Shown here in pieces: positions 25,415 through 38,024 of a stretch of 64,000 nucleotides of DNA. Numbering within the stretch: the stretch's first letter is position 1; each line of letters opens with the position of its first letter. The notes under the pieces were generated by a model. The model was not told the DNA's origin and did no database searches. It saw only the letters and a list, made by a program, of their open reading frames with translations. The position numbers and the translations under genes are program-made. The stretch comes from Podarcis gaigeae (lineage: Eukaryota): NCBI GenBank assembly GCA_964106915.2, contig OZ066925.1, one strand, 5' to 3'.

Positions 25415-25935
25415 ACTAATTTATCATTAAATTTATATTCCTCCCTAAGGAGTCCAGGATGGCAAACAACAAGTGATAGAACAACAAAAGAGCTCCACTT
25501 AAAAGTCTTGCTGGAAGTCAAAGGTCTTCAGTAGGTGCTGAAAAATCAACAGAACCATCACCTGTCTAATATTCATGGGGAGGGAATTTTGAAAGGTAGG
25601 TGCTACAGCACTAAAGGCCCAGTACCTACATGGTGTGGAATGACCTCCTAACAAGATGGTATCAGGATCTTGCAGAGCACAGTGATCAATTTCGTATAGG
25701 AGGGGTGAGATGATCTTTCAAATATCCTGGTTCCAAAATGTATAGGGCTTCATACACCAAAATCAGCACTTTGAACTTAGTCCAGTAGCTATATGGCAGA
25801 CAGTGCAATTCTTTCAGCAGTGGGGTAACAGGCTGACAATATCCTGCCCCACTGAGCAGTCAAACTGCCACATTTTGCACCAGCTGAAGCTTCCGGACGA
25901 ACCTGAAGGGCAAACCCACAGACAGCACATTGTTT
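25415..25935 (-). mobile_element. Degenerate L2 LINE 3' region
   Basis: Antisense L2-type blocks (ggggagggaatt...ggtgctacagcactaaaggcc; aaaatcagcactttgaac...tggcagacagtgca) and an AT-rich tail on the left. Confidence 0.55.
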
Positions 25936-26914
25936 TGAGAGCAACTGGAGCAGAATTGCAGCTGTTGATCATTTCTTTGACAATCCTCTTGCAGACCATT
26001 TGAAACCAGTTATGAAACAGATTCGAACCTCCAGTTCCATTGACAATCTATATGTTGGGGGAATGTCTATGTGTGTGGGGAAAGAACCTGTAGCCTTTAG
26101 ATAGGATTACAGCTCCCACTTTTCCTGAACACTGGCCATGTTTGCTGGAGCTGATGAGAGTTGGACAACAGCACCTGGAATGCAATAGGCTCCCTAGTGT
26201 CGGTCTAAGTAAACTCTAAACAACAACCAATGGTTCTTTTCCCCTCCCCCAAACTTACAGATGTTTCCTCCCAATTAAGCAGCTGCATTACTTCACTGTC
26301 TCTCACAAAAACAACAAAAACAAATACTTGGTCCTTTAATGCATTGAAGTCACAGTCTTACCAAATGAAGGAAAACCCCCAAACTGCATGAATCATCCCA
26401 TTCTCGTTGTTTGTTCTTTCTCAGATTTTGGCAACACTTGATCAAGACATTAGCGACAGCATCACATTGCTCATTCAATTAGATTCTATGTGCTGCATAC
26501 AGAAGCAGAGAGGGCACATCACACCTATGCAAGGCATGCCGAGAAAGCATTTTGTTTGTCTAAACTCTTCCCCTTCAGCATATTTAATTTGGAGAGTGAA
26601 TTTTCACTGATTAGAATTAACTCTTTATCCTGCCTCCTGGCTAGAGCTCCACCCAAAAGGTTTCTTCTTGCAGATTTTCAGTGATCAACAGGCCCTGCGC
26701 TCTAGAAATACCAAATAAAAAAACCCAATATTTTAAGTATTAATGATAAATAAGTCAGTAGAAAAACCCAATCCTGCAAAGCTGCTACATGGGTGCATGC
26801 CAACACGAGAGATCGCATTTATTATTGCTGCTCTTGTTGTTATTTTCTATAACCCTTAATGCAAAAACAGGATTCTAATCTGTTTACAATGTATGGAACT
26901 TTAAAATATAAATA

Positions 26915-27155
26915 CAGTGGAACCTCGGTTTTCAAACGTAATCCGTTCTGGAAGACCATTCGACTTCCAAAATGTTCGAAAACTGAGGCTCAATGGGCAG
27001 TCGGCAAAATACATTGAAAAAAATGGAAAAACACACAGCGGAAGCATTCGGCTTCCAAGCCGCGTTTGAAAACGGAAGCAATTACTTCTGGGTTTTCGGC
27101 GTTCGGGTTTTGAATTGCTCATCAACGGAGGTGTTCAAGAATGGAGGTCCCACTG
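26915..27155. mobile_element. Tigger/pogo-like MITE, family B
   Basis: TA-cagtggaacctc ... gaggtcccactg-TA; internal sequence differs from family A. Confidence 0.85.
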
Positions 27156-28969
27156 TATTCTGAACGGATTGATTAAAGCAACACAGTAATTATGCTCCTG
27201 TGCACTGCTAGGCAGATGACTGAGCTCTCAGTTCCAATAGTGATGATCTCCTATTGGGGAGGGGGAAGAGTCTGAACACCACCCCTCTGCACTTTCCCCG
27301 GTAAGCGATCAGTGTTGGACCTCAGCTCTTCAGCTGAGAGCCTGAGATCCTTGCAGGCAGCAGTAAGAAGATCAGCTTGGACTAGAGCCATAATTGCACA
27401 AGCATAGCTGTGTTTCAATGGATAGTCTAATGTATCTATATCTTATTGGGCCAGTCCTGTGGAATGCTCTCCCAATAGAGATTCATCAGGTGAATACTAT
27501 TTCAACCTTAGACATTTGCAGAAAACTTTTCTTTGCTTCCAGGTTTATGCAGACAACTAAGGAAAACATTTTCTGTGATATTTAGCTAGTGATCGTTTTT
27601 AATTATTGTGTAGCTTTTACTGCATTATAATGGTTGTAAACCACTTGTAAAATGTTGTAAGATATTTGTATACTGAAATTTCATTAAAAAAAATTAATGT
27701 GTCTGTGGTACCTTAAATATATCCTGTCACAACTAAAAAGCTAGATTATTACTCAACACCCTCCCCCCCCTTTCCCTCTCATCTTGACTTTTTTAAACCT
27801 GGCACCTTCATAACATATATATTTAGGTGCCAGGAGAAAACATTCCTCTATAACGTTGGCTGATTAACATTCTATAGCTTTTAAAATGTGTTTGTAGGAA
27901 GGGGGTTATTGGGTTTTAACTGGTTTGTCTTATTATGTATTTTGTGTTCTCATTTTGTATTTTTATGTTGTGAACTGCCCTTCGTCTTCAGATGAAGGAC
28001 AGTATACCAACGAAATAAACAAATAAATAAGGTTTGTATTTGGCTTGTATAAAAAACATCATACTTTTAACATTATCCACGGTTGGTCTAGTTCAGATAA
28101 CATGACAAACCATGGTTAAAGGAGTTAAATGAAAGTGAATGCTTCCAATTCCTTTATGCCACACCAGCATAGAAGGAGGGAGTGGGAACACTGCAGCTCA
28201 TTCTCATCACACTAAATTATGGTTTAGCATGGCATCCAACCCAGGCCACTAAGTCCTAGTAAGTTTCACATCCTAACTCACAAACAGACCAATTATAAAT
28301 TGGAAACTTCTGATTTACCCTGGTGTTTAAAGGGAAACATGCCAAGGCTGAAGCCTTCACCTCTTTAGGAGAGTTACTTCCTAATCTCACATGCCTGTGC
28401 CCAGAGTCTTTTCTCTACTATTATACATGATCTGCACATGCCCCAAAATGCTGTTCTTTACTACTTCACATTTTACATGTAATCAGGGCCTCAAAAAAAG
28501 AAATAACACAGATTGTCCAACCTCCAACACGGAGCAATCTTGGACTGTGATCAACTCGTTTGTGCTAAAGCTGTCAGTGATTACTAAACAATTATATTAA
28601 ATTAGCTTCCACAATTAGCAGTCAGTGTAAGCAAACAGAAGTGAATTTAACATATGGCGTTCTTCGCAATTTCTGCAGAAAGCTGGGGGAGACTGATAAA
28701 TATGCCACATAATAATAATCTGCATTCTGAGAGAAGCTTGGAAACCAGCAAAGTTTCACAATTAAAATAATTTTGCCTCCTCTCTGTCAAAAAAAGTTGC
28801 GGTTAACAACCATTTATGCTACATTGGTTTCCTATCCTGAGGTGAAGAGAAGTCATCTTCTTGAAGATCTTTTCAACAAACACTGGGGGTGGGGAACAGG
28901 CTTTGAAAGATGGTCTAACACACTACCAAACCAAAATGCTTATACTGTAAAGGATGCACTACTCTAATA

Positions 28970-29195
28970 CAGTGGTACCTCGGGTTAAGTACTTAATTCA
29001 TTCCGGAGGTCTGTTGTTAACCTGAAACTGTTATTAACCTGAAGCACCACTTTAGTTAATGGGACCTCCTACTGCTGCTGCACCGCCGCCACACGATTTC
29101 TGTTCTCATCCTGAAGCAAAGTTCTTAACCCAAGGTAATATTTCTGGGTTAGCGGCTTCTGTAAACTGAAGCATATGTAACCTGAAGTACCACTG
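28970..29195 (-). mobile_element. Tigger/pogo-like MITE, family A (inverted relative to the 18670 copy)
   Basis: TA-cagtggtacctcgggtta ... gaagtaccactg-TA. Confidence 0.9.
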
Positions 29196-29468
29196 TACAA
29201 CAGAATCCCTTGTGTCAACTGAAAGTCAATTTGTAACAAGATTTGACTCTGGAGATTTAGATCTCCCAGGAGGAACAGCTTGCATTGGAACATAGGTAGC
29301 TGCCTTATACTAAGTCGTAAAATCATAGAATTGTAGAGTTGGATGGGGCCATGAGTCCAGCCCCCTGCAATGCAGGAATGAGCCAATGGGTCAGTCCAAT
29401 GGGCCATCTAACTTGGTACTATATACACTGGCTGGCAGCAGCTATCCGGGGTTTCAAGCGGGAAGTAT

Positions 29469-29958
29469 ACGATGATATACAATATCTTTATCGTCATTGT
29501 CCCATACAGAACAATGAAATTGAAAATCTACATAAAACATTCAAAAACCCCTAAAAACTCTGAAACCCCATTTAAAAATTCAATATACTATAGAGACTCC
29601 TTATGCTGCTTTTAGAACCAGAATTGCATTTGTGTAGAAACTGTTTCTCAGGCGGCTAGTCCTGGTCTTTATAATCCTATACCTTCTTCCAGAAGGCAGA
29701 AGCTGAAAGAGATAGTTTCCGGGGTGTGTACTATCCTGCACTATCTCTGCAGCTTTCTTATAGCACCTGACAACATAGATTTGATCTAAGGTGGGAAGAG
29801 TGCACCCAATTATTCTCTCTGCAGTCTTTACTACCCTGGACAGCATTGGCTGTGCAGCTCCCAAACCACACACACAGACCATAAGTTAATACACTCTCCA
29901 TGGTGCAATGGTAAAATGCCATCAACAGGTCCTTTGAGAGTGGAGAGTGTTGTTGCAC
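29469..29958 (-). mobile_element. Rex1/Babar LINE 3' fragment
   Basis: Frameshifted peptides FYHCTMESVLTYGLCVWFGSCT and RVVKTAERIIGCTLP...HPGNYLFQLLPSGRRYR...RTSRLRNSFY match the Rex1-type C-terminus (DUF1891-like). 3' end atttcattg...atgacgataaag. Confidence 0.88.
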
Positions 29959-30605
29959 TCAGGTCCTGTTTTTCAGCTACTTCCCTCCAGCACCTGGTTG
30001 GCCACTGTGAGAACAGGATGCTGGACCAGATGGGTGTTTGGCCTGATCCAGCAGAGATCTTATCTTTTTAACATGCCTTTTCCTCTTGAAATGTGGTTCC
30101 CCTGGCTGGTGCTTCTGAAGCAGGGAGCCCCTCCTGTGCGATTTAGAACTCTGAACCTCTAGTAATACCCCAAAGAGGGATTGTTCAGTCTTTGAAAAGT
30201 CTGTCTGTACATTCCAGTCTCTTCTCATAAAAATAACAGTGATCAGCACCTTGTCAGTTTGCTTCATCAAGGGCCCAACCCTTTTAAAGTTTAACCTTGT
30301 CGGAAAAGCTTGTTTTTAACGCTGCTGGGTGAGAATTAATGCTCACGTTTCAAGTGAATGACTTGAACTACATGAGTGTATATTTGCATGCTAACTCACT
30401 GAACATTTGAATTAGATGGTATTAACTCTTCATTACTGACTTGAGAACCTTTCAAATGAGAGGTAAGAACTTAATCCAAAATCAAACATGAGCTTACACC
30501 AGAGCTGTTCCCAGGCACAGTTTGAGCTGCCTATTCTACAGTGTGCCGGGTGTGGTGATGGAAAAAAGGCGCGCCACTTAGCAATATTATCTGCCTTCTG
30601 ATGTA

Positions 30606-30757
30606 CATAGAATCACAGAATTGTAGAGTTGGAAGGGACCCTGCGGATCATCTAGTCCAACCCCCTGCAATGCAGGAATATGCAGCTGTCCCAAAGGGGG
30701 ATCGAACCTGCAACCTTGGCATTATCAGCACCATTCTCTAACCAACTGAGCTATTCA
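30606..30757 (-). mobile_element. tRNA-Ile-derived SINE with CR1-type 3' tail
   Basis: Minus strand tagctcagttggttagagaatggtgctgataatgccaaggttgcaggttcgatcccc resembles tRNA-Ile. It is followed by gggttggactagatgatcc...ggtcccttccaactctacaattctgtgattctatg (CR1 3' end). Confidence 0.85.
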
Positions 30758-30894
30758 GTCCATGACCATGCGCAAGAAAACCCAGTATTTTATTAAGGTA
30801 ACTGTGTGGAAACACCCGCATATTGTTCTCATGTCTGTCAATGTTCACAGAACCAAACACATCATTTCTTCTAGAAGACCTCTTGTGATGTGAG

Positions 30895-32025
30895 TACTGG
30901 AAAACTTGCTCCCTGCCTTGCAGGTCATTTTCCATCTGGCCTGGGAGTATGGAGCCCTGACTGATTCCAGCTAAAAAAGAAGAGACAGCTGACTAGACTC
31001 CTGGGCTGAGGTATTGCTTGGGGCGGCTGGGGGGGGATTGTTGCTTTTTTTGTATATATATTAGATCTTATTATGATTCATATCAACAACCTCAGATATG
31101 CAGATGACACAACCTTGATGGCAGAAAGTGAGAAGGAATTAAAGAACCTTCTAATGAGGGTGAAAGAGGAGAGCACAAAATATGGTCTGAAGCTCAACAT
31201 AAAAAAACTAAGATCATGGCCACTGATCCCATCACCTCCTGGCAAATAGAAGGGAAAGAAATAGAGGCAGTGAGATATTTTACTTTCCTGTGTTCCATGA
31301 TCACTGCAGATGGTGACAGCAGTCACAAAATTAAAATACGCCTGCTTCTTGGGAGAAAAGCAATGACAAACCTAGACAGCATCTTAAAAAGCAGAGACAT
31401 CACCTTGCCAACAAAGGTCCATATAGTTAAAGCTATGGTTTTCCCAGTAGTGATGTATGGAAGTGAGAGCTGGACCATAAAGAAGGCTGATCGCCGAAGA
31501 ATGGACACTTTTGAATTATGGTGCTGGAGGAGACTCTTGAGAGTCCCATGGACTGCAAGAAGATCAAACCTCTCCATTCTTAAGGAAATCAGCCCTGAGT
31601 GCTCACTGGAAGGACAGATCCTGAAGCTGAGGCTCCAATACTTTGGCCACCTCATGAGAAGAGAAGACTCCCTGGAAAAGACCTTGATGTTGGGAAAGAT
31701 GGAGGGCACAAGGAGAAGGGGACGACAGAGGACGAGATGGTTGGACAGTGTTCTAAAAGCTACCAGCATGAGTTTGACCAAACTGCGGGAGGCAGTGGAA
31801 GACAGAAGTGCCTGGCGTGCTCTGGTCCATGGGGTCACGAAGGGTCGGACACGACTAAACGACTAAACAACAAAAACATGATTCATGTGGAAACGGTTTG
31901 ATTTGGTTGTATACTTTTTGATGTTTTGTTTGTTGCTTATGACTACTTGGTTATGTTTTTCATATTGTAAGCTGCCTTGAGCATGATTCTGAAAGGCAGC
32001 ACACAAATAAAATTATGTATGTATG
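30895..32025 (+). mobile_element. Older element with L2-type 3' end, split by the BovB insertion
   Basis: 30895-31081 plus 31878-32025 aligns by eye with 52967-53123 plus 53369-53575; ends tgtaagctgccttgagc...gaaaggcagcacacaaataaa. Confidence 0.7.
31082..31877 (+). mobile_element. RTE-BovB LINE, 5'-truncated
   Basis: Begins INNLRYADD, frameshifts in the A-run at about 31201-31207, then continues as ORF 31216-31866 (KAMVFPVVMYGSESWT, FELWCWRRLLRVPWTARRSN, YFGHLMRR, RRRGRQRTRWLD). (CAA)-type tail; TSD atgattcat at 31073-31081 and 31878-31886. Confidence 0.95.
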
Positions 32026-32706
32026 TGCAGTGCATTCCCTTGTATGTCTACTCTGAACTAAGTTCTATTAAGTTAAATGGGTTTTAGTCCCAAGTAAACA
32101 TAAACAGGATCACAGCCTCAAGTAAACCTGTTGCTTGTGCAAATCTTGGGACAAAACAGTATCTCCATTAGCATCCAAACTTTGAGTGCCTCCAGACTGT
32201 TGCTATTTTCAGGTGGGATTCAATCACATACCAGCAAATTCTGGTTGTGTAATTACAGCTGATCTAACACTCCTGTGAAACAAACCCGCTTTCCCCCACC
32301 CATAAAAATCTGACTTTTTGCAATAAGGAAAGTGATGAAGTGATGAGGAAATGCACTGCAAAGTGTGGGATAACATTTGATTGATACAATGTTGTCTAAC
32401 TTCCATGTGAACAAATTAGAGCAATTGCTCAATAAATAGCTGACATCATCTAACTTGCCTGCAAACTTTTGGACACACAATAAACAGGTTGTCTGCAAGC
32501 GACCTTTGCTCTATGCACTGCAGCACATGTCAGCAAGAGGTATGGCTTTATTGATGTTTCTATCTGCTTAGGCATGCAAATGCCCCTATTCCTCAGAAAA
32601 ACAGTGTTCATTACAGGAAACCATCATTAAGACACCCATTTGTCAAAGAGCTGGGTGTACATCTCATGAGTAAGTGAGGTTTTGCAGTTTCTCATGATAC
32701 ACTGTA

Positions 32707-32951
32707 CAGTGGTACCTCGGGTTACATACGCTTCAGGTTACATACGCTTCAGGTTACAGACTCTGCTAACCCAGAAATAGTGCTTCAGGTTAAGAACTTT
32801 GCTTCAGGATAAGAACAGAAATCGGGCTCCAGCGGCGCAGCAGCAGCAGCAGGAGGCCCCATTAGCTAAAGTGGTGCTTCAGGTTAAGAACAGTTTCAGG
32901 TTAAGAACAGACCTCCGGAACAAAATAAGTACTTAACCCGAGGTACCACTG
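32707..32951 (+). mobile_element. Tigger/pogo-like MITE, family A
   Basis: TA-flanked, TIR cagtggtacctcgggtta. Confidence 0.92.
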
Positions 32952-33288
32952 TATACTTTAAAATTTTGTTTCTGAAAAACAGCTAGAATTGTCCTTATAT
33001 AACAGCCATTTTGGAAAAGTCATTGCAACCATTTTGCTGAAGCCCAAATCCTTCAGTAGCCCCAGTTACAGAATCCTTATATTGAAGCAGACCATTGGCC
33101 CATCTGGCTCAGTATTGTTGACACTGGCTGGCAGCTCACCAGGGTTTCAGGGAGAAGGCATTCCTAGTCCTACTACCTTTCGCCAATGATTGCATCTGGG
33201 ACCTTTTGAACATAATGTATGTGCTCTGCTGCTGAGCAACAGTCCTTCTCAGTTACCGACTTTCAAGGCAACAGTCACAAATAAATTA

Positions 33289-33513
33289 CAGTGGTATCTC
33301 GGGTTACAAACGCTTCAGGTTACAAACTCCGCTAACCCGGAAGTAGTACCTCGGGTTGAGAACTTTGCCCCAGAATGAGAATGGAAATCGCACGCCGGCG
33401 ACGCAGTGGCAGCAGGAGGCCCCATTAGCGAAAGCGCGCCTCAGGTTAAGAACGGTTTCGGGTTAAGAACGGACCTCCAGAACGAATTAAGTTCATAACC
33501 CGAGGTACCACTG
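33289..33513 (+). mobile_element. Tigger/pogo-like MITE, family A variant
   Basis: TA-cagtggtatctcgggtta ... taacccgaggtaccactg-TA. Confidence 0.92.
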
Positions 33514-35205
33514 TAATTAACTGAACAATTAATATATAAGGTCTGGGAAGGAGGCAGGTTCTTAGCCTACTCTAGGTGAAAAAGTGCCATTTTTAAAAGA
33601 GAATAGCAATGATGAAGCTTGTTTGTATTTAAAGAGAAGAGGGAAAGAGAAGAAAATCTAATAAAAAGGGTTTTTTAAAAAATCTCCTTGAGCTGTCAAG
33701 CTCTAAGGTTTAGCCAGTGCACACATCTTACTAACAATACCTTCCTGGCAAAGGTAGCAACAGAGCATTTTGCTGATGCCATGCTGCTTGCACCCCGTGC
33801 CCTGGAGGGCCAATTAAGATGGGGCTGCAATGTTCAGACCCAAGTATGGTGCTCAGCCTGATATTTCATCTCCCAACAGCACTAAATGTCATCATCTAAG
33901 CAGACCAGCTGTCTGTATTCCAACAGCATGAAGAGGGGGCATTTTTTTATTTTTTATTTTTGGCAAAACTGATACCAGCCCCACAGCGCTGCAATGTCAG
34001 GTGGCAGCTGTTTCAGTGACAATTCCCCAAACTAAGGAGAGTTTTGCACTGGAATGTGTGCAGATGTTTTTGTCAGAACAGCTTCAGCACAAATATCTGC
34101 CTTGGCAAAAAACAAAACAAACAAACAAACAAACAAACCCCTTTTATTAGTAATTCTTATCTCTAGTTCCTGGGAAAAGATGTGGAAAATAATTCATTCT
34201 GTTTTTATCATGGCTAAAAACCCATTCAATAATTTTTGGTTTATTATTCAATCATCTGCCCCCCCTCCCCCCCAAACCTCCTTGAAATATTTTTTTCTCC
34301 TCTTTCCCCTTTGCTGGCCTTCTAGGACCATTAGGAAGAGGTAATTATATTTAAATATTTTGCATATTGTCTGACAAGGACTGGAGAGACTCAGGTCCAA
34401 TTCCCTACCCAGACACAGGCTCGCTGGATGATCATGGGCCTGTTACGACCTTTCAGCCTAACCTACCTTACAGAATTGTTTTGAGAATTGAAAGGTGAGA
34501 ACCACATATGATCCCTTGAGCAACTTGGAGAAAGAGCAGGATTTAAACATAATAGTTAAATGCAGCACAATCCTGTACATGTCCCCTCAAAGGTAAGTGT
34601 TTTGGGGCTGGCCTGAGGAAAAACAGCAAATGGTTTCCCTCTCCTGTCCCACACACGCCACGTCAAGGTACACAGTGTCCAAGGCTGGCCAAGTTATCTT
34701 GGCACTGAGGCAGATAATCTCGCAAGTGCTGCTTCCATGGAGTAAAGATGCAATTATTAAAATAAATGACAATTTGCTGCGCCTTCGTGATACTAAATTC
34801 AGCTACCTCACTATGCCTAATGGGAGAGCCGGCACTGTTCCCTTATTAAAATAAGTACGGTTAGACCCTCCGTGAAACTAAGATGTCCCTTTTATTTACT
34901 GCGTTCAATCCTGCTAGGATGTTAATCTCTACTGGCCTTTCATTGTGATATCAGTTAAAATAATTTCCCTTACATCTTATACTTGACATTTGTATTCCAC
35001 TAAATAAAGCCATCTGTTAAACATGTGCTTTTTAAAAGCAGAATAACACATTTACACAAATAATGCCCGCAACTCCCCCCTCTAAATCTCTAACCCTGTA
35101 TTAAGGTTTTTTCTTCTTCTTTTTTTGTTAGCCAAATTCCTTGGCCAAAAAAAAGAAAGAATCAAGCAGGATAGGGAGGGTGTAGGTGGAATGCAACTAC
35201 AAGTA

Positions 35206-35447
35206 CAGTGGTACCTCGGGTTACATATGTTTCAGGTTACATACGCTTCAGGTTACAGACTCCGCTAACCCAGAAATAGTACCGCGGGTTAGGACCTTTG
35301 CTTCAGGATAAGAACAGAAATCGTGCTCCGGTGGCGCGGCAGCAGCAGGAGGCCCCATTAGCTAAAGTAGTGCTTCAGGTTAAGAACAGTTTCAGGTTAA
35401 GAACGTACCTCCGGAACGAATTAAGTACTTAACCCGAGGTACCACTG
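35206..35447 (+). mobile_element. Tigger/pogo-like MITE, family A
   Basis: TA-flanked with perfect 18-bp TIRs. Confidence 0.92.
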
Positions 35448-35984
35448 TACTCTAGGATGACTATTAACTATTATTATTTTTAAATGCATACAGCTTTTCC
35501 AAAAATGAGGGAAATTCTAACAAGACACACTGCAGCTGCATGAATGAGAGACTGAACTGTTTAAGGACAGGGAGTCTATATGTCCTTCAGAATTAAACCA
35601 AAAAAATCTATATGCACTGCAGAATTACAAACCCTTAGTTTTATAGGAAATTAAATTTCACCACGGGGGGGGGGAGGGGGAGGACAGGTGACCTAGAGAG
35701 AGATGTCACAGTCATCCATATCTGTCTCTTTGCCAGATAGCAGTCGAGGGCCAAAACAGCTAGCTATGGTATGCCACCATTCATACTAAGCACTGATTTA
35801 AATAAAATATTAATCATCTTAACATTTTCTAGCTTGCATAATGCATTGCTTTTGGCTTGCCAGTGCTTTGCATTACCTATCCACGATGCCCATGAGAATT
35901 GGAACTATTTATTTCATTAATTACATATCCTGCTCTTCGGGCCCCGAAGGGACTATAAGAGCGGTTTAAAAGGAAATTGCAAAA

Positions 35985-36010
<26 letters not shown>
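35985..36010. repeat. (CA)n microsatellite
   Basis: Direct reading. Confidence 0.95.
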
Positions 36011-36015
<5 letters not shown>

Positions 36016-36218
36016 CTACTAAGGTCACAATCTGGCAGTAAGCCACGCCCGGGACTTATTTCTAGCAAAACCTTATTCAAAATCATTCATATACTGCTTA
36101 ATATTTCATAAACCTCTGAATGGCAGACAAGATTATGCTTGAAACAATGGTCAAAGCAGCTGGAGTGACATTTACAAAAATTGCAATGGAGACTGAATTC
36201 AATATCTATATCTATATC

Positions 36219-36296
36219 TATCTGACAAAGTGAGCTCTAATCCATGAAAGCTTATGCTATTGGAAATTCATTAGACTCTAAGATGTTGTGGGACTC
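36219..36296 (+). mobile_element. Penelope-like element terminal-repeat remnant
   Basis: tctgacaaagtgagctctaatccatgaaagcttatgc...ttagactctaagatg resembles the reptile Penelope terminal repeat as recalled; related sequence at 50206-50395. Confidence 0.55.
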
Positions 36297-37810
36297 TGGC
36301 TCCCATCATCCCTCACCATCTGTCATGCTGTCTGGGGCCAATGGGAGGTCCAGCAACATCTGGAGGGCCACAGGTTCGCCATTCCCTGCTTCCAAGGGCC
36401 ACAAGACATTTTGCACAGCTCTCCCTTGAGACGCAGCTAAACTTTTTCTCCTTTTCTTCTTGCCTCTCAGTACAGCAGTTTAAAAAAACAACTATTAACA
36501 GTCTATATGTGTATTCTCCTCCCTTCCCTAATAAATTATGATGAGAAACAGCAACCCCAAAGCGAGGTGGCCAGCTCAGGATAGTAGTTATATAAATGGC
36601 TTTCCTGAAATGTACCCAACACCTAAATTATTCTGATTACCACTCTTTTCTAAAACTGGCTGAAATAGAGTTTTTCAGTACAGATGCCACTGTGATTTCA
36701 ATTCCTGCTTTATTATGCCTTGGCTAAAGGTCACTTGCAAGGAAGTTATACTGTTAGATCTGAAATGAAACATTCTGAACAAATATTTTAAGCAGGCAAA
36801 TCTTCACCCAGCTAAATGACTGTTCAAAGGAGATTTACTAATTTTAAAAGGCATTCTTTATCACTGTGCTATTAAAAGGCGCTGCCTTTTTTGCACCCAG
36901 ATGTGAATTCCACTCCCCATTAGCGCACTCAACGTGAAATGGCCACCCTGCTTTGAGTTCCAAGCTTTGAGTTCCAAGCTCTTCTCCTTCTGTACCTTCA
37001 CGTTTGAACATCCCCCCCCCTTCTTTGTGTACATTTTCAAAAAAGCACACAAAACAACACAAGCTGTAACTAAAGATTGTTCTTGGTTTACCATTCGTGG
37101 TTTGTCTTGGGGAGACAAATCACAAGTCCAGGTCTGAACATAACAGTAAGCCAAACATAACATAACAGTAAGCCAAAGCGTGGCTTACTTGTGAGTAGCA
37201 CAGCAGCCAGTATCTTTGCTCCATGGAGCTGCTAATTTAATCATTGGCACTAAGCTTTTTTCAAAGAGGGCCAGATTGAATGAAGTGAAGGGCTGTGAGG
37301 GCCGACCAAAGAGCTTTTTTTAGGGTTGCAGTTGTTGAGGTTTTTTAAGGATTTTACCCCAGGAAATAAACTGCCACAGGGGTCGGATTAAACCGACTAG
37401 CAGACCGGATTAGGTCCCTGAAACGGACTTTGAACATGCCTCTACTAAGCCATCTTTTTCGGTACATGTTCTTTATTTGAAGCAGAAAGTGGTGGCTGCT
37501 TCTCTGGGCAATTAACTTCCACCTTTTTGTTTTGGCGGCTTTTTTGCTTATAACTGTCATGGCTGGCAGCAAAGGGCAGGCTATGCCAAGGATCCAAGAC
37601 CTCAGGGCCAGGGGCCAGATCTCTGCCACCAGATTCTGAGCTTGCCTTCAAAATAAAAAAAGAAGCAATTTCCCAAGGGAAAAGCAACAAAACAAAGCAT
37701 GCCCAGCAAAACTGGCCACTCCTCAGCCAATAAGTGAAGTCAGAGTTGTGATGAGTGAGTCACTTGTCTCACCAGGTGACAGGAATCCCTGAAGTCATAA
37801 ACAGCTACTA

Positions 37811-38024
37811 CAGTGGTACCTGTGGTTACGTTCTTAATTTGTTCCGGAGGTCCGTTCTTAACTGAAACTGTTCTTAACCTGAGGTTCCACTTTAGCTAAT
37901 GGGGCCTCCCGCTGCCGCCACACAATTTCTGTTCTCATCCTGAAGCAAAGTTCTTAACCCGAGGTACTATTTCTGGGTTAGCCGAGTCTGTAACCTGAAG
38001 AGTATGTAACCCGCGGTACCACTG
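37811..38024 (-). mobile_element. Tigger/pogo-like MITE, family A
   Basis: TA-cagtggtacc ... ggtaccactg-TA. Confidence 0.9.

Noticed and set aside
30685-30757. Possible tRNA-Ile gene
   Set aside because: Acceptor stem is degraded and it is fused to a CR1 tail, so it is a SINE head.
31323-31838. 171-aa minus-strand ORF (and 62987-63211)
   Set aside because: Antisense frame of BovB.
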